From positions 25,821 through 89,820 of the IMG/VR virus record IMGVR_UViG_3300009414_000001: a stretch of 64,000 nt of DNA. One strand, written 5' to 3'. The DNA comes from a virus. The notes beneath the pieces were generated by a model. It saw nothing but the letters and a program-made list of their open reading frames with translations, was not told where the DNA came from and did not search any database. How positions within the stretch are numbered: position 1 is the stretch's first letter; every line of letters starts with the position of its first letter. Of this stretch, positions 48,884 through 59,086 are shown one piece after another. The position numbers and the translations under genes were made by a program.

Positions 48884-51800
48884 TTACCCCTTAGTTGTTG
48901 AAAATTGTGTTGTTAAAGATGTACTACTGGCTTGCTCTGTTGATTGCTCTGTTAAAGACTCACTACCGAAAGTTGGCGATAGTGACATAGACGCAATATT
49001 GCCCCAATCGAGATCGGGCATTGCGACAATGAATAAGGCGTTCTCTGTACAAAAGGACTGCTGAAAGGCGTGTAGACTAGTAAACTTACTAACTTCAAGC
49101 ACTGACGATATACCAGCAAAACTAAGCTGCTCTGCTTTTTCGCTGATAGCCCTAAAGCCAGACTCAATCTCTGTTAGCTTGGCAAGGCTAAGTTGCTCTG
49201 AATTTAATGATTGCGTTAATTGTATTTCACTTAACGTGCTACTCAGTGCGAACTGTAATTGCTCAACAGACAGGCTTTTAGTTTCACTATTACGTGAAAT
49301 AGTTACGGTTGCCACTTCGCTTTCTTGAATTGTGTCAGCGCTATTAAATAACGCATGCACTAATGCGTTAGTGAGTGAAGAAAATGACGTTTGCTCGCTG
49401 TCTAAGCTATTAAACGCTCCACCCGTAGTAATATCAACGGAACTCGCCTCAGACATCTGCTCTGAGCTTAAGCTTTGTGTATCAATGAACAAATCGATAC
49501 TCGCGCTAGTAGAAAATTGTTCTTGAAGCACAGATTGACTAAGGAGTTTTGCCAGCACTTCAATGTCAGTAGTTGATGCTAATTGCAGCTGCTCTGAATT
49601 TTGATTGACAAGGCTGTTAATCGAATCAAGACTAGTATTATCAGAAAAGCTCAGCTGCTCACTATTGACACTTAAAAACTCTGTAATCAACGCCATTGAA
49701 GCACTTGAGGAAAGCTGTAATTGCTCTGAGCTTTGGCTTGATAATTTAGCGATTGAATCAACACTACCAGTCGAAGCTAATTGCTCTTGCTCGGCGCTTT
49801 GGCTAATTAACTGAGCTAACACCTTAACACTAGTACTTTCAGTAAAATGGCCTTGCTCGACGCTTTGCACAACAAATTGCGCCAGCATTTCAACGCCTGA
49901 GATTGAAGCCAATTGCAGCTGCTCTGATTTATTACTAAAAAGCTGCGCAATGATATCAACACCAACATTGTCGGCTAGCTGCTCTTGCTCAGAATTTTGA
50001 CTCGAAGTGTTATGAATCGCAGCAGCAATAGTCGATATATCACTTGTGCTTGCATAAGCAAGCTGAACAACTGCGTTGCTGATTAAATCGATAGGTACGC
50101 CAACTACAGCAGCATGATAAGCCCAACTAACGATGTCGCTTGAATTCCAACCTTTACCAACTAAATGAGTGTCAGCGAAAGCTTGATTTATTCTGTAATC
50201 ATTTGAGGCAGAATCAACGAACGCACTTGTAAAATCAACGTTAGCTTGTGATCCACCTCCTGTAGCTGTGCTATCACCACTAATACAGTTTAGATCTGCA
50301 ACTTGTAAGAAATCACCTTTTGTAGCTCCTGTTGCTACGCAGTTTGTGAAATTTGCTCGTAATGCGTTGTAATCGCCATTATCAACAAAAACACAGTCAT
50401 TGAAGAACACATTGATTTTCAGTGTATTTAAACCAGAATAAGCACCTCTATTACAGTTGCTTATTCTGGTGTTTTTTACAATTAAAGGGTTATCTGTATA
50501 GGAAACCCCGTTAGCCGCCCCACTATTATCTATGTGACAAGAATCGATTATATTATTATTCGTCGCATCACCATTGCTACCTGAATAACTATATACATTC
50601 AAGTCCTTTAAGATGAATGTACACCTTGCCCCGTATATATGTGCTGTACCTAACTTAGCGCCTCCACCTTTAAAATCAGCTTTCTCACCAGTTGCGGCCT
50701 TTAATTGTAATACCCCTAAGTGATCTACTACTGAGATAGTACCTGACTCACCTGTATCTCCATAAACTAGACCTATTTTATGTGCATCTACGTTAACAGT
50801 CGCAGTCTCAAAGCTACTTGCGGTAGTGTAATCCTTACCTGACCCAATAGAGTAAATGTTTGTGGGCAGAGCTAGCTGATAGTTAGTATCAGTCATATTA
50901 ACAAGCGTTGCGATTGCACCGTTTATTAAGTCGGGTACTGTTTGGCCTGATACCCTATCAAATGACCAGTATCGGTTATTGCTAGGATCTACTGCATCAT
51001 AATTCCAGTATTCCTGTACCATACCTGCGTAACTAGCATTAGATTTACCACCTATACGGTCTATAGGCAGTAATGCTATGGTAGATGGATTTGTTTGACT
51101 AATTATTACACCATCTACTGTAATAATTCGGAGCTTAGTAGTTCCATCATAAGTATCACGAAGCTCATACTTATGCATTATTTCAATATCGATACCTAAA
51201 GCTGCTAAATCTATAGATACACCCCATAATGTAGAATTAGATCCTACTCTTAGTGCGTTATTTGTATTCACTCCTGCGGAATCTATAACACAAGTACCTC
51301 CTGTGGATTTTGCTATAAAACCTCGCCTGCCGTCAAGAGTGTTATTTATCAAAGCAAATTTTACAGGATCCACTGAAACTATATCATCAACACCATCAAA
51401 ATTAAGAGCGTAACGATCTAATACATCGTCATTTGTCTGCCAAGCCTGATAACTCTCGTTAGAGGTTAATGCTATAGCCTCTATGGTGGTTAATTCACTA
51501 CCCGCACAATTATCGGTAAATAAAAATTCATTTATATGCCCAGACCAACCATAATAATTATTCCAACTACCAGTTCTACCTAAGTAAAATTCACCGCTAG
51601 AAAATTGATAAGGTCTACCCGTATGAGGGGAGCCATTTACAACTATATTCGAGGTGTAATCTATGCCGTTGATTACAATCATAGGGTTGCGAGCTTCATC
51701 TAACTGCATGAATACTCTGAGGATACCCCCGTTACTTAATCCTAACGTGCTTACTGGTACATCTAATAACCATCGATGGCTTGACATTTGCTCTAACCGA

Positions 51801-52213
51801 AAGCTTAAATTATCGGTCGTTTTATCCCAATGTACTCGGATCCCCCCACCATGGCACAGGTATTGAAAATTTACGGTTAAAGGCTCGTAATAGCAGTCAA
51901 TATAATAAGCCCTAGCCGAATCAGCGTTAGCTACAGACCATGCTGACGTAAAGACGTTTTCAACTAACCCGCATGTATTAGTTTTTGCGTTGCCGTTATC
52001 TGCTGTATCGAAAATCCCGAGAGCGGTGACACTGCCCTCAGTGCCATATTGCATCACTAGAGGGGCTAATCCATCTACATCTGGCATGATGGCGGGTTGA
52101 CCGCTAGCAGCCTCGGTAAACAGCCACTTATACGAGGAATCAAACAATCTTCCTGCGGCTGTGCCTAAGTTTGCTTGGTATGGGTAGGCTAAATCAGACT
52201 TAAATGTAGTCAT
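48884..52213 (-). CDS. large fibre/adhesin: LamG/ConA-like and beta-helix regions plus 22-aa repeats
   Basis: ALNFDGVDD, W.G.INEF; about 16 repeats of xSxxSEQxxxA. Confidence 0.7.
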   Translation of the reverse strand: MTTFKSDLAYPYQANLGTAAGRLFDSSYKWLFTEAASGQPAIMPDVDGLAPLVMQYGTEGSVTALGIFDTADNGNAKTNTCGLVENVFTSAWSVANADSARAYYIDCYYEPLTVNFQYLCHGGGIRVHWDKTTDNLSFRLEQMSSHRWLLDVPVSTLGLSNGGILRVFMQLDEARNPMIVINGIDYTSNIVVNGSPHTGRPYQFSSGEFYLGRTGSWNNYYGWSGHINEFLFTDNCAGSELTTIEAIALTSNESYQAWQTNDDVLDRYALNFDGVDDIVSVDPVKFALINNTLDGRRGFIAKSTGGTCVIDSAGVNTNNALRVGSNSTLWGVSIDLAALGIDIEIMHKYELRDTYDGTTKLRIITVDGVIISQTNPSTIALLPIDRIGGKSNASYAGMVQEYWNYDAVDPSNNRYWSFDRVSGQTVPDLINGAIATLVNMTDTNYQLALPTNIYSIGSGKDYTTASSFETATVNVDAHKIGLVYGDTGESGTISVVDHLGVLQLKAATGEKADFKGGGAKLGTAHIYGARCTFILKDLNVYSYSGSNGDATNNNIIDSCHIDNSGAANGVSYTDNPLIVKNTRISNCNRGAYSGLNTLKINVFFNDCVFVDNGDYNALRANFTNCVATGATKGDFLQVADLNCISGDSTATGGGSQANVDFTSAFVDSASNDYRINQAFADTHLVGKGWNSSDIVSWAYHAAVVGVPIDLISNAVVQLAYASTSDISTIAAAIHNTSSQNSEQEQLADNVGVDIIAQLFSNKSEQLQLASISGVEMLAQFVVQSVEQGHFTESTSVKVLAQLISQSAEQEQLASTGSVDSIAKLSSQSSEQLQLSSSASMALITEFLSVNSEQLSFSDNTSLDSINSLVNQNSEQLQLASTTDIEVLAKLLSQSVLQEQFSTSASIDLFIDTQSLSSEQMSEASSVDITTGGAFNSLDSEQTSFSSLTNALVHALFNSADTIQESEVATVTISRNSETKSLSVEQLQFALSSTLSEIQLTQSLNSEQLSLAKLTEIESGFRAISEKAEQLSFAGISSVLEVSKFTSLHAFQQSFCTENALFIVAMPDLDWGNIASMSLSPTFGSESLTEQSTEQASSTSLTTQFSTTKG

Positions 52214-52216
52214 AAA

Positions 52217-52942
52217 TTAACCCACGGAATTAGTGATACTTGCTGTAAAATCTCTAGTGTATTTACTTGAGGCAAAAGCTTTAACTTTTGTCAGTAAACC
52301 CGAGTAGTTAAACTCTGTTGATAATGCTCCGACGAAATTAGCAGGAACATTAATAACGGCTCGTTGTCTATTATCTAGCGCGTAGTTGGTCGTTACAACC
52401 TCGTTGATTACCTCAGTATTGCCACTTGAGGCAATAAAAGTGATAGAGTCAGCAAAAGGTAAAGCCTCAGTAATATTTACTATGACCGAAATCTTCTCTC
52501 GATACTTGTTCAAGATGTAGTCTTGGCTTGGGTAGTTAACTTCTACTTCTGACGGCGATTGCGCCAGCCTTGCTTGATCGTAATCTGCCTGTGTCACGCT
52601 CTCATAAGGGAGCCTCGTCGCATTAGAGCCACCAACTAGAACAACTTGCAAATTAAGTAGATTTTGCTTGTGAGTTTCATCCAGCTCCCCTTGAATGATG
52701 GCGTTAAGCATTCCTTGTAATATCACACCGTCCTCAGTGGTATTGCGGAAATCATACGCTGACGATGTTTTTATTCTGTCATACAGAGCTGACTGCATTC
52801 CTCCTGCGTGATTTTTGAAATACAAATACAAATCATTAAAAGCTAAAATAATAGCCATTTCATTGCTGTTGTATGTCTTCTCAGCTGGAACTGAGTAAAG
52901 CTTTGCGGCTTCTAACGTAGGAAAAGTACCAAGCGGCGTCAT
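52217..52942 (-). CDS. hypothetical protein (fibre-associated)
   Basis: First gene after late promoter. Confidence 0.6.
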   Translation of the reverse strand: MTPLGTFPTLEAAKLYSVPAEKTYNSNEMAIILAFNDLYLYFKNHAGGMQSALYDRIKTSSAYDFRNTTEDGVILQGMLNAIIQGELDETHKQNLLNLQVVLVGGSNATRLPYESVTQADYDQARLAQSPSEVEVNYPSQDYILNKYREKISVIVNITEALPFADSITFIASSGNTEVINEVVTTNYALDNRQRAVINVPANFVGALSTEFNYSGLLTKVKAFASSKYTRDFTASITNSVG

Positions 52943-53007
52943 AGTTCGACCTTTATTGTTTATTGATAACGAAGTCGCTATTGGACTTGGTTAAATTCAT
53001 AAAGGTG

Positions 53008-53052
53008 ATGATAAAACGATTTCAACTTATTCCCTATGTTTTGTTAGGGCGC
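53008..53052 (-). promoter_or_regulatory. late promoter plus C1-type operator
   Basis: GCGCCCTAACAAA..ATAGGGAATA-N14-TATCAT. Confidence 0.65.
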
Positions 53053-53078
53053 TTTAATGTAAATAAAAAAACAATACA

Positions 53079-53666
53079 TTAATCGTTGTCTTTTATGCAG
53101 ACAAGCGAACCATTAGCTAACGCAAAGTGCTTGATAATGCTTTCTGGTGGCAATCCTAGACTCTTAACGCACTCAGTCACAAATATAACCAGCCCACCCT
53201 TTTTGGCGTGCTCTTGCGCTGCTTTCGCAATCTTAGCGCCATTTGTACCTACATCATCGATGAGGTAAGTCTTTTTGCTGCTTGTTAGCGGCTGATTGTC
53301 GCCTACAATTTCAATGTCTTGATTGCTTGCTTTGAGCGCCTTTATTAATGCTTCTCTTCCTGCGCCAGCATTACTCTCAATGTAAACAGGCACCACCTTC
53401 GAAAGAAAAAACATCGCCTTTACAGCGCCCTCGATAACATTGATTTGCTTATTTGTGCTTTCGGTCATCACTACCTCGTCGTATTTAGTTGTTGCATCAG
53501 TATTTTTAACTTCGCCAGTTGAAAGTTTTGGCTGCTTGAGAACAAAGCTGGCCTTGGCTGCTTCTTTTGTTTTGCCAAAGCCACTAAATGTTATTAAATT
53601 CATCTTATGGGTAAAGCAGCGATATTGTTCGGCTTGTTCGCAATATTCATATTGTAAGTTATCCAT
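53079..53666 (-). CDS. hypothetical protein, degenerate P-loop-like C-terminus
   Basis: SNAGAGRE, YLIDDV; leader motif. Confidence 0.55.
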   Translation of the reverse strand: MDNLQYEYCEQAEQYRCFTHKMNLITFSGFGKTKEAAKASFVLKQPKLSTGEVKNTDATTKYDEVVMTESTNKQINVIEGAVKAMFFLSKVVPVYIESNAGAGREALIKALKASNQDIEIVGDNQPLTSSKKTYLIDDVGTNGAKIAKAAQEHAKKGGLVIFVTECVKSLGLPPESIIKHFALANGSLVCIKDND

Positions 53667-53683
53667 AACAAAAGTTTCCTATA

Positions 53684-53824
53684 TTACATCTCTTCAAGAT
53701 CAGGTAGTGCAGAGCGCGCATCTTCCCATGATTCAAATTCATATTTTACACGTTGAGGGTAAATCAGTACTTCAACAGTACCGTCCTCAAATTCAACCAT
53801 TGAAACCTTGCGTTGACTACTCAT
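53684..53824 (-). CDS. 46-aa hypothetical protein (not in ORF track)
   Basis: TAGGAAACGGCTTTTATG leader. Confidence 0.55.
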   Translation of the reverse strand: MSSQRKVSMVEFEDGTVEVLIYPQRVKYEFESWEDARSALPDLEEM

Positions 53825-53839
53825 AAAAGCCGTTTCCTA

Positions 53840-54097
53840 TTAAATTAAACCAGTAAATAACACATCTTTTTGTGATGGATTATTTTCAGCATTTTCTTTG
53901 ATATTCTCGTTAGACATCCATAAATAACCAAGCTCTTTACCATCTTCGATAATCATGAATTTAGCGTGTTCTTTTCCACGACCATGACGAGTGTAATTTT
54001 TATCAATGAGGCGATATGTGATAACTGGCTCGCAATCACAATCATTAGCACCACATTGACCGCATAAAGCAAACTGTACCTCTGATTCGTTAGTCAT
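53840..54097 (-). CDS. hypothetical protein
   Basis: CGQCG..DCDC; leader motif. Confidence 0.6.
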   Translation of the reverse strand: MTNESEVQFALCGQCGANDCDCEPVITYRLIDKNYTRHGRGKEHAKFMIIEDGKELGYLWMSNENIKENAENNPSQKDVLFTGLI

Positions 54098-54127
54098 AAT
54101 TGCCATTTCCTATATAAATAATTAGTG

Positions 54128-54556
54128 TTAAACGTCACCGTCACGATGTTGTGGTGGCACTTCAAAAGGTTCTAAATCAGGGCAGTCAAAAGCAACACTT
54201 ACACAAGTAAAATCGACTTGGCTTTCAAGAACTGACTCAAGGCATTGTAATTCTTCAAGCCATTCCTGAGTGGCTTCGCCATTTTCAGTGTCATGCCAAT
54301 TGTCGCTACGGTCTGCCATGTAACAATCAATTTTGCCTGTTTGCTCGGTTACTAGTGAGTGAGTGTTTTCAAGTAGTTCATTGTGCTTGTCCGTGAACTC
54401 TTCAAGCGTTAACCCGTCCACCTTAAACTCAGCTACTTTTGCTCTCATGTACTCTTCAAGTTCATCTTTGAAGTTAGCCACTTGCTCCAAGTTACTATTA
54501 AGCTTTTCAATGCGTTCAGCTATTTCTTGATGCGCTTTATTATTGATTTTTTTCAT
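54128..54556 (-). CDS. acidic helical hypothetical protein
   Basis: YM.DRSDNW..TENGEA..EW motif; leader. Confidence 0.65.
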   Translation of the reverse strand: MKKINNKAHQEIAERIEKLNSNLEQVANFKDELEEYMRAKVAEFKVDGLTLEEFTDKHNELLENTHSLVTEQTGKIDCYMADRSDNWHDTENGEATQEWLEELQCLESVLESQVDFTCVSVAFDCPDLEPFEVPPQHRDGDV

Positions 54557-54574
54557 TAAAAGCCATTTCCTATA

Positions 54575-55063
54575 TTAAGATTCAAAGATAAACACAACAA
54601 CCACATCAAGCGATTTCACAAGGGTTTTTGCCTCTATCATTAACTTATCTTTTTCAGTTAAAACGTATTCTTCATCTTTATCTTCGGGTAACTCAATATC
54701 ATAATTACAGATACTAGCAAGAGCGCTTAAATGATGATTAAAAGAGTCATTAGCCGTTACTGCTTCCGCACTCCCGTATTCAAACGATAATGTGTCAAAA
54801 TTGTTTTCATGTTGATTTAATTCGCACTGTGAAACTCTTACGTTGATCACTGGCAAAATAATGTCACTATCAGGTTCTAACAAATATTCTAAACAGCGAT
54901 TTTTCGCAAGGGCTTTGCCGCTTGGTGTTCCGCTACCTACGGTCACGGAATTTAGTAAAGTGACCACGTTAACTTGCGCGGCTAAAGTTTTCTTACCGTT
55001 AACATCTGATTGGCTACACATGCCTTGAACCGTGATTGTTTGCTTGAAAAGCCTTCTATTCAT
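54575..55063 (-). CDS. hypothetical protein (degenerate DGQHR/DndB-like?)
   Basis: YLL....IILP.I.V...NDSFNHHLSAL; leader. Confidence 0.5.
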   Translation of the reverse strand: MNRRLFKQTITVQGMCSQSDVNGKKTLAAQVNVVTLLNSVTVGSGTPSGKALAKNRCLEYLLEPDSDIILPVINVRVSQCELNQHENNFDTLSFEYGSAEAVTANDSFNHHLSALASICNYDIELPEDKDEEYVLTEKDKLMIEAKTLVKSLDVVVVFIFES

Positions 55064-55072
55064 TGCCGTTTC

Positions 55073-55402
55073 CTACTTAAGAGAATGACTATTTTCTATG
55101 TCACTAAGCTCGTTTAGAACTATTGCAACAGCGAAGCTTTTAGCTTGTTTAGTCATTCGTGTTTCTGAATTAATTTCTTTGCCAATTTTGAACAGTGATT
55201 GCTTAACAGCTTCGTTTGAATTTCGATTATTCCAACAATTGATAGCATCTTTTTCTTTAACCCAACCACCGCCCTCTTGCTCCATATTAACTTTACAGGT
55301 AGCACATGAAACCGACCAAAGCTGCCAACCATTACAGTAAGACTGTACGAATTCATCACTACCGCAAAAGGGGCAAGGTAAAGGTATTAATCGTTTAGCC
55401 AT
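55073..55402 (-). CDS. Lar-family restriction-alleviation protein
   Basis: LPCPFCGS...V.C..C...AI..WNNR. Confidence 0.8.
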   Translation of the reverse strand: MAKRLIPLPCPFCGSDEFVQSYCNGWQLWSVSCATCKVNMEQEGGGWVKEKDAINCWNNRNSNEAVKQSLFKIGKEINSETRMTKQAKSFAVAIVLNELSDIENSHSLK

Positions 55403-55414
55403 AAAAGCCATTTC

Positions 55415-55609
55415 CTATATTAAGTTATTCAATTTATCTAGTCGTTTTTGTCTGCGACCTAGCTCTTTAATCCGTTGCTTACGCTTTCTTTTTTCACGGT
55501 GATTGACTTTGTCATCAGTCAAACATTTTGGCATGGGTAAATCATTAACAGCTTGAGCCATGGAGCTACTTGTTAAGCCAAGACCTAGACTTAAAACGAC
55601 CTTTTTCAT
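55415..55609 (-). CDS. small basic hypothetical protein
   Basis: Leader motif. Confidence 0.5.
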   Translation of the reverse strand: MKKVVLSLGLGLTSSSMAQAVNDLPMPKCLTDDKVNHREKRKRKQRIKELGRRQKRLDKLNNLI

Positions 55610-55627
55610 AAGTGTCCGTCTCCTATA

Positions 55628-55921
55628 TTAAGAATATTGTTCTTCTGCCCAAACTTTCCAATCAAAACCACACTCACATTTGTTATGTTCGTCTTGATAT
55701 TCAGCATCTAATTCACAATCATCATTTGGGCAAGTTGGCACTTCAACGGTTATCTTTGTACCAACAGGAAATCTCTTAGCATTAAAAGAGAAATCGTCCA
55801 TTTGCTCTGTTGCCATATCACCTTCACATTGCGTTTCAATGTATGGTTTATGCTCTTGACAGCTATCACCACAGTAAACATCAACTTTAACTTGACCTGT
55901 TGCTACTACGTTATATTCCAT
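55628..55921 (-). CDS. Cys-rich hypothetical protein
   Basis: CPNDDC..KCECGFDW..W.E.QYS. Confidence 0.6.
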   Translation of the reverse strand: MEYNVVATGQVKVDVYCGDSCQEHKPYIETQCEGDMATEQMDDFSFNAKRFPVGTKITVEVPTCPNDDCELDAEYQDEHNKCECGFDWKVWAEEQYS

Positions 55922-55931
55922 GTTCCATATC

Positions 55932-56120
55932 CTATACTCGTTTAATTAAATGTTTAGGTGTTTCAATAAACAAAAACCAAGCCCAACCCACAAGACCAGA
56001 TAGTAACAATTGAAAAGCAGCTTCCTTTCTATTTTTTGGCTTCGGTAGAATGTGAATTGTTACAAACGCAATAGCTGAATAGATGCACAGCCAACCCCAA
56101 ATTTGAGTTAATATTTCCAC
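55932..56120 (-). CDS. small membrane protein
   Basis: GTG start after TAGGAAAAGGC leader; two TMs. Confidence 0.55.
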   Translation of the reverse strand: MEILTQIWGWLCIYSAIAFVTIHILPKPKNRKEAAFQLLLSGLVGWAWFLFIETPKHLIKRV

Positions 56121-56130
56121 TTGCCTTTTC

Positions 56131-56259
56131 CTATTGCTGTTTTGGTTCGGGACATTCGCTTTGCTGAACATCAAAGTTAATCTGATTTGACTGCAAAAAT
56201 TCCATCAAGGATTCAATTTCTTCCTCGTTATTTTGAAAACTATCAATAACTATTTTCAT
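56131..56259 (-). CDS. 42-aa acidic peptide (not in ORF track)
   Basis: MKIVIDSFQ...; leader motif; its stop is the TAG of the next leader. Confidence 0.55.
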   Translation of the reverse strand: MKIVIDSFQNNEEEIESLMEFLQSNQINFDVQQSECPEPKQQ

Positions 56260-56281
56260 CGTTCCATTTCCTATACGTTAA

Positions 56282-56542
56282 TTAATAAAAATCATTGAGT
56301 CGCTTTAACTCTGCGATCACTTCGGTTTTTATAAAAGAAACCCAACCGCATTCAGGCTTTACACCTCCATAAAAAACCACTTCAACAATTGGATCGGGCA
56401 ATGAAAAAAAGCTAAATCCAGTGTCGTTTAAATACTTTTGAGCAACCAAATCACAATAACTTTGTATCTCAGCATGAACACGGATTGATTCATTAGCTAG
56501 CTTGACACTTCTGTCACATATTTGACCTATACTTTTAGCCAT
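56282..56542 (-). CDS. hypothetical protein
   Basis: Leader motif. Confidence 0.6.
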   Translation of the reverse strand: MAKSIGQICDRSVKLANESIRVHAEIQSYCDLVAQKYLNDTGFSFFSLPDPIVEVVFYGGVKPECGWVSFIKTEVIAELKRLNDFY

Positions 56543-56827
56543 AAAAAGCCATTTCCTATATTAAATTAGGTTGTAGTTTTACTTGATTACGCAAGGACGA
56601 TTTACATTGTCGCTTTCAATGGGTTTACTGTTACCTCAGTCCGATTTCTAGCACTTATAGAATACGGATAACGGAAGTTGCATTTATTTTTTATTAGAGT
56701 CATTAAAGCTAAATCTCTCTAGCGGTTCTCTGTTATTTGCAAAGCATTTTAGAACCTGCTGAACACCTCGTTGCTTTTGTAAATGACACTATCAAAAATG
56801 CCATTAGCAAAAGCCGTTTCCTATACG

Positions 56828-57115
56828 TTAAATATTGCCATTTCGTTCAAAAATCGCACTCACTTCATCATTTGATAAATCGAATTGACCGACAACAATA
56901 TTTCTGTCGGTATCACCAAAGCCATCACTGTAGTATTGGTCGATAAGACTTGAAAAATGCTTGTAAGCATTCGCTTTTGTCGGATTATCTAACATTGATG
57001 TTAAAACATCGTTGTTGCACCAAGCTCCACAATAATCTCTTATGTCGTGACCGCAGATTTCACGCAACCTGTAATAGTCTTTTTTTGCTCTTTCGTAATT
57101 ATCTTTAATACCCAT
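56828..57115 (-). CDS. hypothetical protein
   Basis: Start MGIKDN after leader. Confidence 0.6.
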   Translation of the reverse strand: MGIKDNYERAKKDYYRLREICGHDIRDYCGAWCNNDVLTSMLDNPTKANAYKHFSSLIDQYYSDGFGDTDRNIVVGQFDLSNDEVSAIFERNGNI

Positions 57116-57131
57116 AAAAGCCGTTTCCCAT

Positions 57132-57341
57132 TTAAGTTCGTTGTTCAATAAGAGATAAAACATACACACTTCTATTGATATTTTTATCTTTCGCTTCGTT
57201 TGTTAATTCATCACGTAGTTTTTCTGGCAACCAAATTTCTAAACGAACATTTCCTTTTTCTTTTTTAGCTTTTTGAGCTTTTCTTTGGTTAACTTTTAGT
57301 TGTTCACTTCTAGGTAATTCGTTTGTTTTTGGTCTAGCCAT
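57132..57341 (-). CDS. RHH DNA-binding protein (YbfE-like)
   Basis: RPKTNELPRSEQLKVNQR...G.VRLEIWL...NINRS. Confidence 0.75.
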   Translation of the reverse strand: MARPKTNELPRSEQLKVNQRKAQKAKKEKGNVRLEIWLPEKLRDELTNEAKDKNINRSVYVLSLIEQRT

Positions 57342-57354
57342 AAAAAGCCGTTTC

Positions 57355-57573
57355 CTATACTGGTAAAAGTTGATATTGGCACTCAGTAGACATCACTGTT
57401 CGCCCATTATCTAAGTTAATAATCATAAGCCCCGCACCTGAAACATCTTCACGGATAATTGTGCCTAAAATCGTTTTGCTAGTATCGTAATTAAAGCAAA
57501 CTTTAACCTTTCGATTTAACCAAGCACCTTGTTCGGGGAAGTTATCAAGGCTAATGTTATTTTCAATTCCCAT
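57355..57573 (-). CDS. hypothetical protein
   Basis: Leader motif. Confidence 0.6.
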   Translation of the reverse strand: MGIENNISLDNFPEQGAWLNRKVKVCFNYDTSKTILGTIIREDVSGAGLMIINLDNGRTVMSTECQYQLLPV

Positions 57574-57584
57574 CGTTCCGTTTC

Positions 57585-57839
57585 CTATCGTCTAATTTCG
57601 CTAAATTCACACTTTTTACAGTGGTAAAAATCGGGATGATCATCACTAGGCTGTTCCATATCATGATCACCGTCTTGACAGAAAACTTCATAGTGAAACA
57701 TTATCGATGTTGTGAACTTAAATTCTCTCTCACAACTAACGCAATCTTGCTCATGCTTTCGATCTTCTTCGTAACCATAACCATCATCGTGATTAATTTC
57801 GTTCTCTGCGCCACAATAAGGGCAATTGATATCTGACAT
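57585..57839 (-). CDS. zinc-ribbon protein
   Basis: CPYCG..C.SC..C..H..CKKC. Confidence 0.65.
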   Translation of the reverse strand: MSDINCPYCGAENEINHDDGYGYEEDRKHEQDCVSCEREFKFTTSIMFHYEVFCQDGDHDMEQPSDDHPDFYHCKKCEFSEIRR

Positions 57840-57904
57840 TTGCCGTTTCCTACTTAATTAATTTACGCATAAGTGATAAATAAATCACTCATGGAGTAAA
57901 TCAA

Positions 57905-58078
57905 CTAATCCAATTCAACTTTAACCCTTTCAGGCTCTAAATTTCGCTCGATGAAATACATCATACTTGCACTTTGAACAGCTAATTTTTTATCTGTAAC
58001 CAAAGTTTTATCCTTGCTTAGATAGTGCCTAACACCATCAATAACTTCATAACCTATATACTCATGAACATACGCCAT
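57905..58078 (-). CDS. hypothetical protein
   Basis: Start MAYVHE after leader variant. Confidence 0.5.
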   Translation of the reverse strand: MAYVHEYIGYEVIDGVRHYLSKDKTLVTDKKLAVQSASMMYFIERNLEPERVKVELD

Positions 58079-58127
58079 AATAATTCCCGTTTCCCATAGG
58101 GCGCTAAGCGCCCATTTAATTAATTTA

Positions 58128-59027
58128 TTAAGTGATAATGTAGCGATAATGGAAGCGCACATAATAACCCTCAACAGGTATTGCGCGTACATACATTGCT
58201 CGCCCATCAAGCTCTAACCTTACATCAAAACCTTTGCCGCCTACGCTAGTAGAGTTTACTTTAACAGCAGGCTTTTTATCTTCTCTGTGATAGTCAGCAA
58301 CCTTACTTGCAGCGTAGTTAACGCACTCCGCAAAATTTTCATCAATAAGCTTTAAAAACTTTTCATTATCGAATTTGCAAGCGATACATAACCTTAACGC
58401 GCCCATATCAGCTATTTTTTTTCTACCTGCATAAAAGAACTTTTTAACCGTTTTAAATTCACCGTCAGGATCAATCAAACTAACCATTTTATTGTAGTGA
58501 GCAATTGAATTTATTCTGATTGTCTGTGCATCTTCCTTGATAGCTTTGTTTATCGCTGAATAAATAACTTTTGCAGCGCTAGACATTTCAGGCTTGTTGT
58601 ATTTTTTAGGCAAAGGCTTGTTTAGCGTGTCGTAAACACCCTTAATGTCAGTCATAGTGATTTCACCAAGAATATAAAGGTCTTCAAGATCACCAACCAA
58701 CTCACGGCATAATCTTGGTTTTATATCAGCAGCGTAATCTTTTATTTTTGCTAGAGTGAATTTGCGTTGATTACTCAAAAGAGCGAACAGCTTAACAGTT
58801 AATAATTTAAGCTTTTTCAAGTCATCTGCGCATTCTGTATTAACACTCTGAAAACGCGAACCCTCAATAGCATCGTTTAAGTAAAACAAATCACATGAGG
58901 CTTTGATTCTTTCGTCAGCGTTGTATTCGCTAGTAAAGAAAAACTTCTTAGCTTTAAGTAGCGCTAGTATCTCACTAGATACAGCATTGACCTTTTCAAT
59001 ATTCTTTTTTGAAATAACCTTAATCAT
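58128..59027 (-). CDS. hypothetical protein
   Basis: 299 aa; C-terminal AI..EG..V.FHYRYI; first gene after strong promoter. Confidence 0.65.
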   Translation of the reverse strand: MIKVISKKNIEKVNAVSSEILALLKAKKFFFTSEYNADERIKASCDLFYLNDAIEGSRFQSVNTECADDLKKLKLLTVKLFALLSNQRKFTLAKIKDYAADIKPRLCRELVGDLEDLYILGEITMTDIKGVYDTLNKPLPKKYNKPEMSSAAKVIYSAINKAIKEDAQTIRINSIAHYNKMVSLIDPDGEFKTVKKFFYAGRKKIADMGALRLCIACKFDNEKFLKLIDENFAECVNYAASKVADYHREDKKPAVKVNSTSVGGKGFDVRLELDGRAMYVRAIPVEGYYVRFHYRYIIT

Positions 59028-59058
59028 TCTGTTGCACTCAATTAATTAACTTGAATTG

Positions 59059-59086
59059 ATTATAGTCTCATTTTGAGACTATGCAA
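59059..59086 (-). promoter_or_regulatory. sigma70 promoter with palindromic operator in spacer
   Basis: TTGCAT-N16-TATAAT containing TAGTCTCA-N3-TGAGACTA. Confidence 0.75.

Noticed and set aside
53667-58100. Classical integron
   Set aside because: No attC-like inverted repeats seen between ORFs; the recombinase shows no recognisable IntI insertion
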